Below, piece after piece: positions 1 to 8,605 of a stretch of DNA of 32,000 nt. The notes beneath the pieces are model-generated. The model did not search any database. It was not told the DNA's origin and saw only the letters and a program-made list of their open reading frames with translations. A program made the translations under genes and the position numbers. Source of the stretch: Candidatus Saccharimonadota bacterium (GTDB lineage: Bacteria; Patescibacteriota; Saccharimonadia; Saccharimonadales; Saccharimonadaceae); the NCBI GenBank assembly GCA_001029695.1, contig CP011211.1, positions 930,001-962,000 of the forward strand, written 5' to 3'. Each line of letters begins with the position of its first letter. The first letter of the stretch is position 1.

Positions 1-46
1 CGCGAAAACGTAGCATAGATACGTGCGAGTGCTGTAGAATGAGCGT

Positions 47-262
47 ATGGATAAAATAATTATTGTCATCGGTGTTATTGCAGTTATCTTACTCATCATA
101 ACAGTAGTAAGCCGCAAAAACCGTCGCGAGAACAGTATGAATAGTGGCTCGTCGGACGGTGGAGGCGCAACGACATTTTCCTCTGAGCGTCATGACACGG
201 ATAGTTCATCAGACACTAGTTCAGACGGTGGTGGTGACGGCGGTGGCGGAGGAGGTGAATGA
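47..262 (+). CDS. hypothetical small membrane-anchored protein with a Ser/Asp/Gly-rich tail
   Basis: 71-aa ORF. It has one N-terminal hydrophobic helix (IIIVIGVIAVILLIITVV), then RKNRR, then a low-complexity acidic/Gly tail ending GGGDGGGGGGE. A TAGAAT box at 35-40 lies 6 nt before the ATG. The stop overlaps the next start (ATGA). Confidence 0.4.
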   Translation: MDKIIIVIGVIAVILLIITVVSRKNRRENSMNSGSSDGGGATTFSSERHDTDSSSDTSSDGGGDGGGGGGE

Positions 263-636
263 TGACGAAGGATAAACTAGTGGGGTATGGAGTAAGCGTG
301 TTATTTATTGGCCTTGGCCTTGCGCTACTTGGGACGCTACTGAATTTTTATGATAGTGCATTCATCTATAAGATTATCGTTCCGTTGACACTGCTGGGTG
401 CAGGAGTTGCACTACTTGGCAACAACCCTTCTGAGCGAACTCGTCGATCAGTTGCCTTGGGGTTGATTGTCTTCGGGCTTGTCTCTCTGTTGATTCAGTT
501 TGAAGTACTGCGCGGCGATGTTGTCAACGCAATTGTAGGGGTTGCGTTTGTGAGTGCGGGCGTCTTTATGGTCTCTCGTCTTACAGACCGTAAAAGTCGA
601 AAAGACACAGAAGTCGACGATATTAGCGTCGTTTAA
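259..636 (+). CDS. hypothetical polytopic membrane protein (about 4 TM helices)
   Basis: 125-aa ORF with four Gly/Leu-rich hydrophobic segments and a charged C-terminal tail. It is translationally coupled to the previous ORF by an ATGA overlap. A resemblance to LiaI/LiaF-type TM regions is only an impression. Confidence 0.5.
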   Translation: MMTKDKLVGYGVSVLFIGLGLALLGTLLNFYDSAFIYKIIVPLTLLGAGVALLGNNPSERTRRSVALGLIVFGLVSLLIQFEVLRGDVVNAIVGVAFVSAGVFMVSRLTDRKSRKDTEVDDISVV

Positions 637-886
637 TCATAATTTCGAGATTTGAAATATACTGACGAGCATTTACCATTTTATTTTTGCGTAAATACGC
701 AAGGTGTACTTCGACAAAAGGAAATCTACTATCTGGGTAGTCAGTTGCCATGGGGCTGTAAACGCTTTTTGTGTTCATAGTCGGGTCGTCTTGAAGATCG
801 GCAAGTTTTGCAGTAATCTCTTCGATGGTCATGACAAGAGAGGGTGGAGTAGGAGTCTCACTAATAAGCGTTGCTTCGTTTGACAT
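623..886 (-). CDS. hypothetical protein
   Basis: The ORF track gives 623-922. The internal ATG at 886 is preceded by AAAGAGG 7 nt upstream, so I prefer the 87-aa form (MSNEATL...). I recognise no family. It is convergent with the previous gene and overlaps it by 14 nt. Confidence 0.4.
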   Translation of the reverse strand: MSNEATLISETPTPPSLVMTIEEITAKLADLQDDPTMNTKSVYSPMATDYPDSRFPFVEVHLAYLRKNKMVNARQYISNLEIMIKRR

Positions 887-1035
887 GATAGAACCTCTTT
901 CCGCGTATACTTCTTGAGTCACGCATATTGTTCTTAGTATGCGCTTATTTTCAATAAATAGCCAATCAAGTTTGACTTTTTATAGTACCTTGTATAACAT
1001 AGAACTATGACACACAAAGCAGATAGGATTACGTA

Positions 1036-1383
1036 ATGGAAAGGATACTGATGGAAGAGAGCGCTAAATATGCTGAGCAGCTAGCAACGCAGCTGCGAAA
1101 AGGTTTCTTGGTGTACTGCGTTTTGCGCGTATGTTCTCACGAGCCGAAGTACACGAGCGACATTATACGAACGCTCAGTGAAGCGGAGATGGTGGTCGTA
1201 GAGGGTACTATATATCCATTGCTCAGCCGATTGCAAAAAGATGGCCTGCTGACGCACGAGTGGCAAGAGTCAGAGCAAGGGCCGCCGCGAAAGTATTATA
1301 AGATCACCGATTTTGGTAAAGACGTAATGGATCAGGTGACGAAGAAGATTGCTTCACTTAATGCAACACTAAAGAAATTATAA
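1036..1383 (+). CDS. PadR family transcriptional regulator
   Basis: Winged-helix signature of the PadR family: LVYCVLRVC...EGTIYPLLSRLQKDGLLTHEWQESEQGPPRKYYKITDFGK. An alternative start at ATG 1051 is preceded by GAAAGGA. Confidence 0.9.
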   Translation: MERILMEESAKYAEQLATQLRKGFLVYCVLRVCSHEPKYTSDIIRTLSEAEMVVVEGTIYPLLSRLQKDGLLTHEWQESEQGPPRKYYKITDFGKDVMDQVTKKIASLNATLKKL

Positions 1384-1392
1384 GGAATAACT

Positions 1393-2994
1393 ATGAAAGA
1401 GATTACAAGAATTCATCTCGCAGCAACTCCATTTAATGTAGAGATTGATGCAAAACGTGATTTAGAAAAATACCTAGCTGCTATTGAGAAATCGCTTCAG
1501 GCTGACGAAGACGCACTGCGCGAGATCGAAGCGCGTATTGTTGAACTACTCGCTGAGCGGGGCGTTGTGAATGAAAGGGCGATCACACGATCCGATATCG
1601 AGGCGATCAAGACTCAGCTTGGAGAGCCAGGCGAGTTTATCGATGAGCAGGCAGTTGAGACTATTGTTCATATGCCGTCAAACGATAAGCGCTTGTTCCG
1701 TGATCAAGATCGAGGTGTTTTGGGTGGTGTCCTTGCGGGAATTGCGGCATATTTTGGCGTCAACCCGGTATGGTTCCGATTGATTGCAATCGCTTTGACA
1801 TTCGCATCATTCGGTACAGTTGTCTTGGTGTATGCTGTGCTTTGGATTGCATTACCTCCAGCGAAGACGGCAGCGGAAAAACTGCAAATGGCGGGTAAGC
1901 CAGTGACACTCGAATCGATCAAGGGTCAAAGTGAGCAGGCGAGTGACGCAGCTGATCATAGTAAGCCACTGGTAATTGTATTGAGAGTTTTGCTTGGTAT
2001 CGGATTTATTGGTGTCGGGATAGCCGGACTGGCGGTAACAGGAGCGGCTCTAGTGGCGAGTACACCAATACTCGGAAATGAGATGAATGATGCATCTATT
2101 TGGCTGTTTGGTGCAGTCGGCGTAGCAGCAATAAGTGGAATTCTTTTTGTCACGCTTATGAGTCTGGCGGCATACGCATCGTTTGCATGGAAGGTAAGCA
2201 AGACGATGATAGTAAGCGCCATAATAATTACCATGGCAGGGTTGACGACATTTGGAACTGCAGTTGGTATTGGCTTTTATGGCTCAAATGTACGAAACCA
2301 GTATCTTGATTCGATTACTCACGAAGAAAGAGTTGAGCTATCCACCGAACTTCGTGACGTTAAGCGTATTGTGAGTGAAAGTAAGAGTAGTGCGACTGCG
2401 AAAATTACCTACAAAGTAACAAATGATACTCCATATGCTGAAATAAAAACAGTGAGCGCGAGCAAGAATCGACCAAAGCTTGCTGTTACGAGAAGTGGAG
2501 ACGAAGCACGACTTTCAATTGAAAATACGCAGAATAATAAGTGTAATCAATGGGATGGATATTGCCTGGATAGTATAGAGGTAACCATATACGGCCCAGC
2601 CCTTACGGCGATAGAGGCAAAAGAAGGTCAGGTTTCGTATGCGGCTATAAATCAACCTGAGTTATCAGTTATAACTCACCGGGATGCGAGCGTTACGATA
2701 TCTCAGGGCTCGGTGATTGCACTGAACGCACACCTCGCACAAGGGAGCTCATTGAACGCCAGTGATGCGGCGATCAACGATGTGACGGTAAAGACCGAAA
2801 GCGGCACATCGATTGATCTAGGAGTGCTTACACGTCTTACGCTAGATACGCCTGAATCATGTCCTGCTAATAGCAAGGTGACGATTAGTGCGGAGCGAAT
2901 TAACTCAATAGTAAAAGCTGGACTGCCGCTAGCTCAGTCTGATGAAATAAACGAAGCCTGTACGCAGATACGTCTCGAAGAGCCAACCCAGTAG
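1393..2994 (+). CDS. PspC domain-containing membrane protein with an N-terminal PadR-associated helical (HAAS/DUF1700-like) region and a C-terminal beta-rich ectodomain
   Basis: PspC motif: KRLFRDQDRGVLGGVLAGIAAYFGVNPVWFRLIAIALTF...VLWIALPP. Residues ~190-300 contain several TM helices. The C-terminal ~220 aa are Ser/Thr/Val-rich with repeated short beta-strand-like segments (VTIY..., VTISQGS..., VTVKTESG..., VTISAE...), reminiscent of DUF2807/DUF4097 (GIN-type) domains. The SD AAGGAA lies upstream, and the gene starts 9 nt after the padR stop. Confidence 0.85.
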   Translation: MKEITRIHLAATPFNVEIDAKRDLEKYLAAIEKSLQADEDALREIEARIVELLAERGVVNERAITRSDIEAIKTQLGEPGEFIDEQAVETIVHMPSNDKRLFRDQDRGVLGGVLAGIAAYFGVNPVWFRLIAIALTFASFGTVVLVYAVLWIALPPAKTAAEKLQMAGKPVTLESIKGQSEQASDAADHSKPLVIVLRVLLGIGFIGVGIAGLAVTGAALVASTPILGNEMNDASIWLFGAVGVAAISGILFVTLMSLAAYASFAWKVSKTMIVSAIIITMAGLTTFGTAVGIGFYGSNVRNQYLDSITHEERVELSTELRDVKRIVSESKSSATAKITYKVTNDTPYAEIKTVSASKNRPKLAVTRSGDEARLSIENTQNNKCNQWDGYCLDSIEVTIYGPALTAIEAKEGQVSYAAINQPELSVITHRDASVTISQGSVIALNAHLAQGSSLNASDAAINDVTVKTESGTSIDLGVLTRLTLDTPESCPANSKVTISAERINSIVKAGLPLAQSDEINEACTQIRLEEPTQ

Positions 2995-3015
2995 TTTACA
3001 TAAAAGGAGAGTGTG

Positions 3016-4284
3016 ATGACACTATATGATATCGTGCGACGATCGGGTCGTAGCTTAAAGAATGCCAAAATGAGGACGCTCTTAACCAGTCTTGCTATCG
3101 CCGTAGGCGCTTTTACAGTGACACTGGCGCTGGCTGCTGGAACTGGGGGAAGGGCATATATGGATGATGCCATCGCAACGAGTGGTGATAATAGGGCATT
3201 GAACGTATTTCCTCAAGTAGCAAAGGCGACAACCGGCCTAAAGGAGTATGGTAAGGATACAGCTCCTGAACAGGCAAATAAATTGTCAAATAAAGATATC
3301 GATGCACTGAAGCGTGTCGATGGAGTGTTGACAGTGACGCCATTTTATCGAGTTGAGTCACAGTTTGTAACGAGAGGTGGTGGATACGCAAAGTTAGTCG
3401 CTCCACTGGATGTTCGGATCGACAGAACCGACATGAAGCTCGCAGCAGGCGCACTTCCGAACGGGGTCATACCGATAGGCGGTATTGTATTGCCTGAGTC
3501 GTATGTTTCGCAGTTTGGATTTGGGTCAGCACAAGAAGCGATCGGAAAGACGCTCACGATACGTGTTTCACAATTTGATACGCAGGGAGAGGTGACGGAT
3601 AGTTTCATCGATACAACATTGACGATTGCGGGTATTGACCAGCAGAAGGACTCAGTTATTTATTATGAGCCAGCTGTACGACTATCGCCAGAAGATGGCA
3701 AGAAGATGTATGAGTATCAAAATGAGAACCTATCTAAAGGACAGCATTATGGTGTATCTGTGCGAGTAAGTGATACTGCAGATATCGCAGCTGTTCAGGC
3801 CGCGATAAAAGCAAAAGGGTATGAGGTGTACTCGCTCGAAGAAACTCGAGCAACGCTCATGCAGCTTGTCACGATTGCGCAGTGGGGGATGATAGGGTTT
3901 GGAGCAATCGCCATTTTGGCATCGATTTTTGGAATCATAAACACTCAGTACATATCAGTGCTCGAGAGGACACAGCAAATCGGGTTAATGAAGGCGCTCG
4001 GTGTTCGCAGTCGAGATATCGCAAAGCTATTTCGATACGAAGCTGCGCTTGTGGGCTTGCTTGGCGGGCTGACCGGCACATTGCTTGCTCTGATAGCAGG
4101 CTTGGCTAATCCATTTATATCAGAGCAACTCGGTATGGACGAAGGAGCAAGGATCTTGTTGTTTGATCCACTAAATAGCTTAATCTTGATAGCAACTCTC
4201 GTAGTGATTGCTGTGGCGGCGGGATATTTTCCTGCAAGAAAAGCTGCAAAATTAGATCCAATTGAAGCACTACGAACTGAATAA
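3016..4284 (+). CDS. ABC transporter permease, FtsX/MacB family (type VII), paralog 1
   Basis: Architecture is an N-terminal TM helix (RTLLTSLAIAVGAFTVTLALA), a large extracytoplasmic domain, and a C-terminal 3-TM FtsX domain (IINTQYISVLERTQQIGLMKALG...PARKAAKLDPIEALRTE). AAGGAG lies 6 nt before ATG 3016. The ORF track starts at GTG 3013. Confidence 0.9.
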   Translation: MTLYDIVRRSGRSLKNAKMRTLLTSLAIAVGAFTVTLALAAGTGGRAYMDDAIATSGDNRALNVFPQVAKATTGLKEYGKDTAPEQANKLSNKDIDALKRVDGVLTVTPFYRVESQFVTRGGGYAKLVAPLDVRIDRTDMKLAAGALPNGVIPIGGIVLPESYVSQFGFGSAQEAIGKTLTIRVSQFDTQGEVTDSFIDTTLTIAGIDQQKDSVIYYEPAVRLSPEDGKKMYEYQNENLSKGQHYGVSVRVSDTADIAAVQAAIKAKGYEVYSLEETRATLMQLVTIAQWGMIGFGAIAILASIFGIINTQYISVLERTQQIGLMKALGVRSRDIAKLFRYEAALVGLLGGLTGTLLALIAGLANPFISEQLGMDEGARILLFDPLNSLILIATLVVIAVAAGYFPARKAAKLDPIEALRTE

Positions 4285-4314
4285 CTAAATGATACAATAG
4301 AGAAAAGGGGTTTT

Positions 4315-5031
4315 ATGATTGAAGTAAAGAATGTCACAAAGACATATGGGAAAAAGCAGAATGCGTTTATCGCACTCGATAATGTAAGCTTCACGATTCC
4401 AGATGGTGCGAGTGTCGCAATCCTCGGTAAGTCGGGTAGTGGAAAATCAACACTGATGCATGCAATGAGCGGTCTCGATCGACCTGAAAAGGGTGAGGTT
4501 GTTATCGACGGTGAAGACATCTTGAAACTGAAGACGAAGCAGGTTGATAAATTCCGCGCAAGTAAGATTGGATTTATTTTTCAAAGTTTTTTTGTGCAGG
4601 CAAACGAAACAGTGAGCGATAACGTAAGTTTACCTCTTGAAATCGCAGATATACCTCGCGGTGAGCGCAAGAAAAAGATTCAAGCAGCGCTTGAAGGTGT
4701 TGACCTGAGCGAGAAGATTGGCAGCAAGGCAAAAAACCTTTCTGGCGGTCAGAAGCAGCGACTCGCTGTTGCAAGGGCGATTGTAAATAGTCCACAAATT
4801 ATTTTTGCTGATGAGCCAACAGGAAACCTCGATAGTGTTACAGGTGACAAGGTCGAGAAGATGCTTTTTGGCTATAATAAGAAAAACGGCGTTACGTTGA
4901 TTATCGTCACACACGACCCTGAACTTGCGGCGAAGTGTGATATTCAGATAAATATTAAGGACGGTAAAGTTGAGTCTATTCGCGACACGAAGCCAGCGAC
5001 TAAACAGCATACCAGAAAGGTAGTTTCATGA
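4315..5031 (+). CDS. ABC transporter ATP-binding protein (MacB/LolD-like)
   Basis: Motifs present: Walker A GKSGSGKST, Q-loop, signature LSGGQKQR, Walker B IIFADEPT, H-loop VTHD. The stop overlaps the next start (ATGA). Confidence 0.95.
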   Translation: MIEVKNVTKTYGKKQNAFIALDNVSFTIPDGASVAILGKSGSGKSTLMHAMSGLDRPEKGEVVIDGEDILKLKTKQVDKFRASKIGFIFQSFFVQANETVSDNVSLPLEIADIPRGERKKKIQAALEGVDLSEKIGSKAKNLSGGQKQRLAVARAIVNSPQIIFADEPTGNLDSVTGDKVEKMLFGYNKKNGVTLIIVTHDPELAAKCDIQINIKDGKVESIRDTKPATKQHTRKVVS

Positions 5032-6326
5032 GATTAACCGATACAATCAAGCGAGCAGGTCGCAGTCTTCGTAACGCAAAAGCTCGTACGTTATTGACGA
5101 GCCTCGCTATCGGCGTAGGTGCGTTTACTATTACGCTTAGTCTTGCGGCAGGTCAGGGTGGGCGCGCATATACCGACGAAATCGTGACAGCAAACACAAG
5201 TGTAAATGAGCTCCTCGTCACGAAAAAACAGCCAGAAGCCAATAGTGGTCCAAAAAAGTATGAAGATACAGGCGTCTCCGCGATGGCGGGATCAATGTCA
5301 AACCCCGGTGCAGCTGATATTGCATATCTAACACAGGACGACATCAAGGCGATGGAAAAACTGAATAATGTTACGTCAGTATCGCCAAACTATAGCCCAA
5401 GTGTCCGCTATATTACTCGAGAGGGTCAGGATCGCTACGTCGTGGAATCAGTCTCGACATTTAGTCCGAGTGTTACACTCAAGTATGCGGCAGGCTCAGT
5501 AGACGGTAATCTTGCTAATGACGAGATCATTCTTACTGAAGAGTATGCAAAGGTGCTTGGATTTTCAAATCCATCAGATGCAATCGGTAAAACCGTTGAG
5601 ATCCGTGCAGATAAGTTATCTGCACCAGTAAGTGCACCTGAGAACAAACTATTCCCATTCAAGGTGAAGGCAGTGAGTAGCAAATCTGGCTTTGCATTTA
5701 GGGCTCAAGGTTCTCTCCTGGTATCGAACGATGCAGCCCGAGAGCTGTATGAGTATATCAACAAAGATACACGAGCTTACGGTAACTTCTTGCTTGCTTC
5801 GGTGCAGGTAAACGATGAGAAGAATGCGACAAGTGTCAAAGATGAGCTTAGTACAAAAGGCTTTGAAGCGCAGACGGCAGAAGATGTGCTCGGAGCTATC
5901 AACACGTTTATCAATGTACTTCAGGGTATTCTGATTGGCTTTGGTGCACTTGCTGTTCTTACGTCAATCTTTGGGATCATCAACACTCAATACATCAGTG
6001 TACTTGAGCGTACGCAGCAGATTGGCCTGATGAAGGCACTTGGTATGCGTCGTCGTGACGTAGGAAGGCTCTTTAAGTTCGAAGCTGCATGGATTGGCTT
6101 CTTGGGTGGAGCTATTGGTTCAGGAATGGCGGTTATTGCCGGTCTGATCGCCAACCCACTCATCAACAGCGCACTTAAGCTTGAAGATGTGACGTTGCTG
6201 CAATTTAATCCTATTGCCGTAGCAAGTGTCATTATCGGTCTTATGATTATTGCGATTGCTGCGGGCATTCTGCCAGCTCGAAAAGCTGCAAAACTTGATC
6301 CAATTGAAGCACTTCGCACAGAATAA
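5028..6326 (+). CDS. ABC transporter permease, FtsX/MacB family (type VII), paralog 2
   Basis: Same architecture as 3016-4284. The N-terminal TM and the C-terminal FtsX domain are near-identical (IINTQYISVLERTQQIGLMKALG, PARKAAKLDPIEALRTE), but the extracytoplasmic domain is divergent. Confidence 0.9.
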   Translation: MRLTDTIKRAGRSLRNAKARTLLTSLAIGVGAFTITLSLAAGQGGRAYTDEIVTANTSVNELLVTKKQPEANSGPKKYEDTGVSAMAGSMSNPGAADIAYLTQDDIKAMEKLNNVTSVSPNYSPSVRYITREGQDRYVVESVSTFSPSVTLKYAAGSVDGNLANDEIILTEEYAKVLGFSNPSDAIGKTVEIRADKLSAPVSAPENKLFPFKVKAVSSKSGFAFRAQGSLLVSNDAARELYEYINKDTRAYGNFLLASVQVNDEKNATSVKDELSTKGFEAQTAEDVLGAINTFINVLQGILIGFGALAVLTSIFGIINTQYISVLERTQQIGLMKALGMRRRDVGRLFKFEAAWIGFLGGAIGSGMAVIAGLIANPLINSALKLEDVTLLQFNPIAVASVIIGLMIIAIAAGILPARKAAKLDPIEALRTE

Positions 6327-6353
6327 AAGCGAACTATAATTGGACATGAAAGC

Positions 6354-6381
6354 GCCCTGACCACGAATGGTCAGGGCTTTT
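6354..6381. terminator. bidirectional rho-independent terminator between convergent genes
   Basis: A 9-bp GC-rich stem (GCCCTGACC / GGTCAGGGC) with a 6-nt loop, followed by TTTT. It sits between the stop at 6326 (+) and the stop at 6385 (-). Confidence 0.65.
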
Positions 6382-6384
6382 GCT

Positions 6385-6669
6385 TCAGCGCCGAGGAGGC
6401 TTGTCTTCGAAAATACCTGAAGTTGGAAATTTTCCGTATAGGAATGCAAGTATGCCGAGGACAACCACCACCACTGGAACGGTGATTTTCACGCTGGTGA
6501 TGGCATAGAACTCACTGTCTACGAGACATAGAATTCCGTATATAGCCAAAAACGCTATTACGATAATCCCAGCAAGTATTGCACCTCGAACGGTTGCTTC
6601 CTTATTGGTGATATCCTCTCTTGGATGAAAAACATTTGCCAGATGGGGTGATCCGTGCTTTTTTTCCAT
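6385..6669 (-). CDS. hypothetical small membrane protein (2 TM helices)
   Basis: 94-aa ORF with two clear hydrophobic helices. AAGGAAAG lies upstream of the ATG. A consensus promoter is upstream and a terminator downstream. Confidence 0.55.
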   Translation of the reverse strand: MEKKHGSPHLANVFHPREDITNKEATVRGAILAGIIVIAFLAIYGILCLVDSEFYAITSVKITVPVVVVVLGILAFLYGKFPTSGIFEDKPPRR

Positions 6670-6708
6670 GACTTTCCTTAACGTAAGTAGGGGCTGAAGT
6701 CTTTATTT

Positions 6709-6737
6709 ATTATACTACTTATGCATTAAAAAGTCAA
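6709..6737 (-). promoter_or_regulatory. sigma-70-type promoter TTGACT-N17-TATAAT for the 6385-6669 gene
   Basis: Read on the minus strand: TTGACT (6737-6732), a 17-nt spacer, then TATAAT (6714-6709). The leader is about 35 nt and contains an SD. Confidence 0.5.
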
Positions 6738-6786
6738 TATTACATACGCCCATAGGCCGATACTACCCACGAAAGTAGTTTTCCTC

Positions 6787-6792
6787 TATAAT
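6787..6792 (+). promoter_or_regulatory. -10 box (TATAAT) 7 nt upstream of the serS ATG; putative leaderless promoter
   Basis: The sequence reads TATAAT-AGCAACT-ATG. There is no SD between the box and the start. Confidence 0.45.
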
Positions 6793-6799
6793 AGCAACT

Positions 6800-8104
6800 A
6801 TGTTAGATATCCGTTACGTACGCGAAAATCCAGAGCGCGTCAAAGAATTCTCAAAACAAAAAGGCTATGATGTCGATGTCGATAGAGTGCTTACTCTTGA
6901 TGAGCAGCGTCGAGAATTGCAGCAGCAGATCGAAGTGTTGCGTACTGAGCGTAATAGTATTGCTGATGCGATGAAGCAGTCGGGTGGTAAGCCGGACCAG
7001 ACACAGATCGATAGAGGTCGCGAATTGAAAGTTGAGATTGCAGAGATTGAAGAGAAGTTTAATGGTATTGACGATGAATTCCTGAGTCTTTTTAAGAAGA
7101 TCCCAAATATTCCCGCAGATGACGTGCCGATTGGCGCAACCGAAGATGAAAATGTCGTTGCTAAGAAAGTAGGGGAGCCGGCGCAGTATGGCTTTACGCC
7201 AAAGTCTCATGCGGAGATTGCCGAAACAAAGGGCTGGCTCGACAAGGAGCATGCGGCGAAAGTGACAGGCTCACGCTTCGCCTACTTAAAAGGTGATCTC
7301 GTGAAGCTACAATTTGCTTTGATTCAGTTTGTTATGGATAAACTATCTGACCAAGCATTTATCGATGAGGTTATTGCTGAGAATAACCTTACTGTGAGTA
7401 ATAAGCCGTTTCTTCCTGTGCTGCCACCGTTTATGCTACGAACTGAGCTGTATGACGCAATGGATCGCCTTGAGCCACGCGATGACCGCTACAAGATTGA
7501 GGATGAAGATCTCTGGCTACAGGGAAGCGCAGAGCATGTACTAGGAAGTATGCACGCTGATGAGATTTTTAACGACTCAGAGCTACCTGTTCGCTACATA
7601 GGGTATGCGACGAGCTTCCGACGCGAGGCGGGTACGTATGGAAAAGACATGGAAGGTATGTTCCGTATGCACCAATTTGATAAGCTCGAGATGGAAAGTC
7701 TCACTGCTGGCGATGATGGTCTGCAAGAACATCTCTTATTGGTTGCGATTCAGGAGAAAATTATGTCTCTTCTCGAGATTCCATATCAAGTGCTTCAAAA
7801 ATGTACTGCAGATATAGGTAAACCGAATGCACGAGGTATTGATATCGAAGCATGGTTGCCAGGGCAGTCTGCGTATCGCGAGACACACACCGCTGATTAT
7901 ATGACTGACTATCAGGCGAGGCGACTAAAGACTCGTGTTCGTCGCGCTGGCGGTGATATAGAGTTGATTCATACAAATGATGCAACAGCACTGCCACTTA
8001 GTCGTGGGCCGATTGCAATCATCGAAAATCACCAGACGTCGGAAGGGGATGTGATTATCCCGACGATTCTACGTTCATATATGGGTGGCAAAGAACGTAT
8101 TTAA
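6800..8104 (+). CDS. serS: serine--tRNA ligase
   Basis: 434 aa with the N-terminal coiled-coil arm (MLDIRYVRENPERV...) and class II core motifs (FRREAGTYGKD..G..R.HQF.K.E; TADYMTDYQARRL). Confidence 0.97.
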   Translation: MLDIRYVRENPERVKEFSKQKGYDVDVDRVLTLDEQRRELQQQIEVLRTERNSIADAMKQSGGKPDQTQIDRGRELKVEIAEIEEKFNGIDDEFLSLFKKIPNIPADDVPIGATEDENVVAKKVGEPAQYGFTPKSHAEIAETKGWLDKEHAAKVTGSRFAYLKGDLVKLQFALIQFVMDKLSDQAFIDEVIAENNLTVSNKPFLPVLPPFMLRTELYDAMDRLEPRDDRYKIEDEDLWLQGSAEHVLGSMHADEIFNDSELPVRYIGYATSFRREAGTYGKDMEGMFRMHQFDKLEMESLTAGDDGLQEHLLLVAIQEKIMSLLEIPYQVLQKCTADIGKPNARGIDIEAWLPGQSAYRETHTADYMTDYQARRLKTRVRRAGGDIELIHTNDATALPLSRGPIAIIENHQTSEGDVIIPTILRSYMGGKERI

Positions 8105-8215
8105 GGTCAAAGTGCTTCTTATGCAGGCTTTTTAGAGGCATGGCAAAACATAAGCGGATGAGCTATAATAAAGGGACTAAACCAACGCGGATATAAAAGC
8201 CAAGGAGGATAGCGA

Positions 8216-8593
8216 ATGATTAGTAATATCAGCATTACTGGAGTCAAATATGACCTGGATGAGACGACAAAAAAGTACGTCATCAAAAAGATCGGACGGC
8301 TCGATCGTTATCTTCCACGGCACGCTCGAAAGTCAGCATCGGCCGACGTCGTGCTCAAAGAAGTCGGACGTGTTCACGGCAATAAATATGAAGCTGAAGT
8401 TATCATTCATGTGCCAGGCAAGACACTCACCGCGAAAGATTCAACAGTAAATATGCTTGCAGCCCTAGATATTGTAGAGGCAAAACTTGCCTCGCAGCTA
8501 CATAAGTATAAGGAAACTAATATTCCGCATGTCGGAAAACGAGGTATACTTGCACGTTTTAAGCGAAGTTACGCAAGAGAAGCTGGCGCATAG
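8216..8593 (+). CDS. hpf: ribosome hibernation promoting factor / RaiA family (short form)
   Basis: 125 aa in the S30EA/sigma-54 modulation protein family pattern (ITG....L.E....Y...K...L.RY......A.V.L......K.E..I...G..L.A......M.AA.D....KL..QL.K.K). A strong SD AAGGAGG is present, and TATAAT at 8164-8169 lies 46 nt upstream. Confidence 0.85.
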   Translation: MISNISITGVKYDLDETTKKYVIKKIGRLDRYLPRHARKSASADVVLKEVGRVHGNKYEAEVIIHVPGKTLTAKDSTVNMLAALDIVEAKLASQLHKYKETNIPHVGKRGILARFKRSYAREAGA

Positions 8594-8605
8594 TACGGTA
8601 AGTCG

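Noticed and set aside
998-1009. The palindrome CATAG-AA-CTATG as a PadR operator.
   Set aside because: I did not list it as a feature. The arms are only 5 bp, and it does not match the ATGT-N8-ACAT type sites reported for PadR proteins. It is mentioned only as a weak candidate in the PadR finding.
3945-4520. A 191-aa minus-strand ORF, and similar long antisense ORFs at 5987-6364, 9678-10340, 14748-15227, 21160-21531, 22018-22431 and 25768-26142.
   Set aside because: All lie entirely antisense to confidently identified conserved genes. Their composition is low-complexity or Ser/Arg-rich, as is typical of shadow frames. None has a promoter, SD or terminator context.
6690-6699. GGGGCTGAAG, which resembles a tmRNA 5' end.
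   Set aside because: No tRNA-like 3' end (TCCACCA), no tag reading frame and no appropriate length follow it. The region is occupied by the promoter and leader of the 6385-6669 gene.
6670-6799. A possible T-box riboswitch leader upstream of serS (and likewise upstream of glyQS at 30864-30990).
   Set aside because: The spacers are only ~130 nt. The best -10 boxes sit 7-9 nt from the ATGs. I saw no T-box consensus (AAUUAGGGUGGUACCGCG-like) and no terminator/antiterminator pair.
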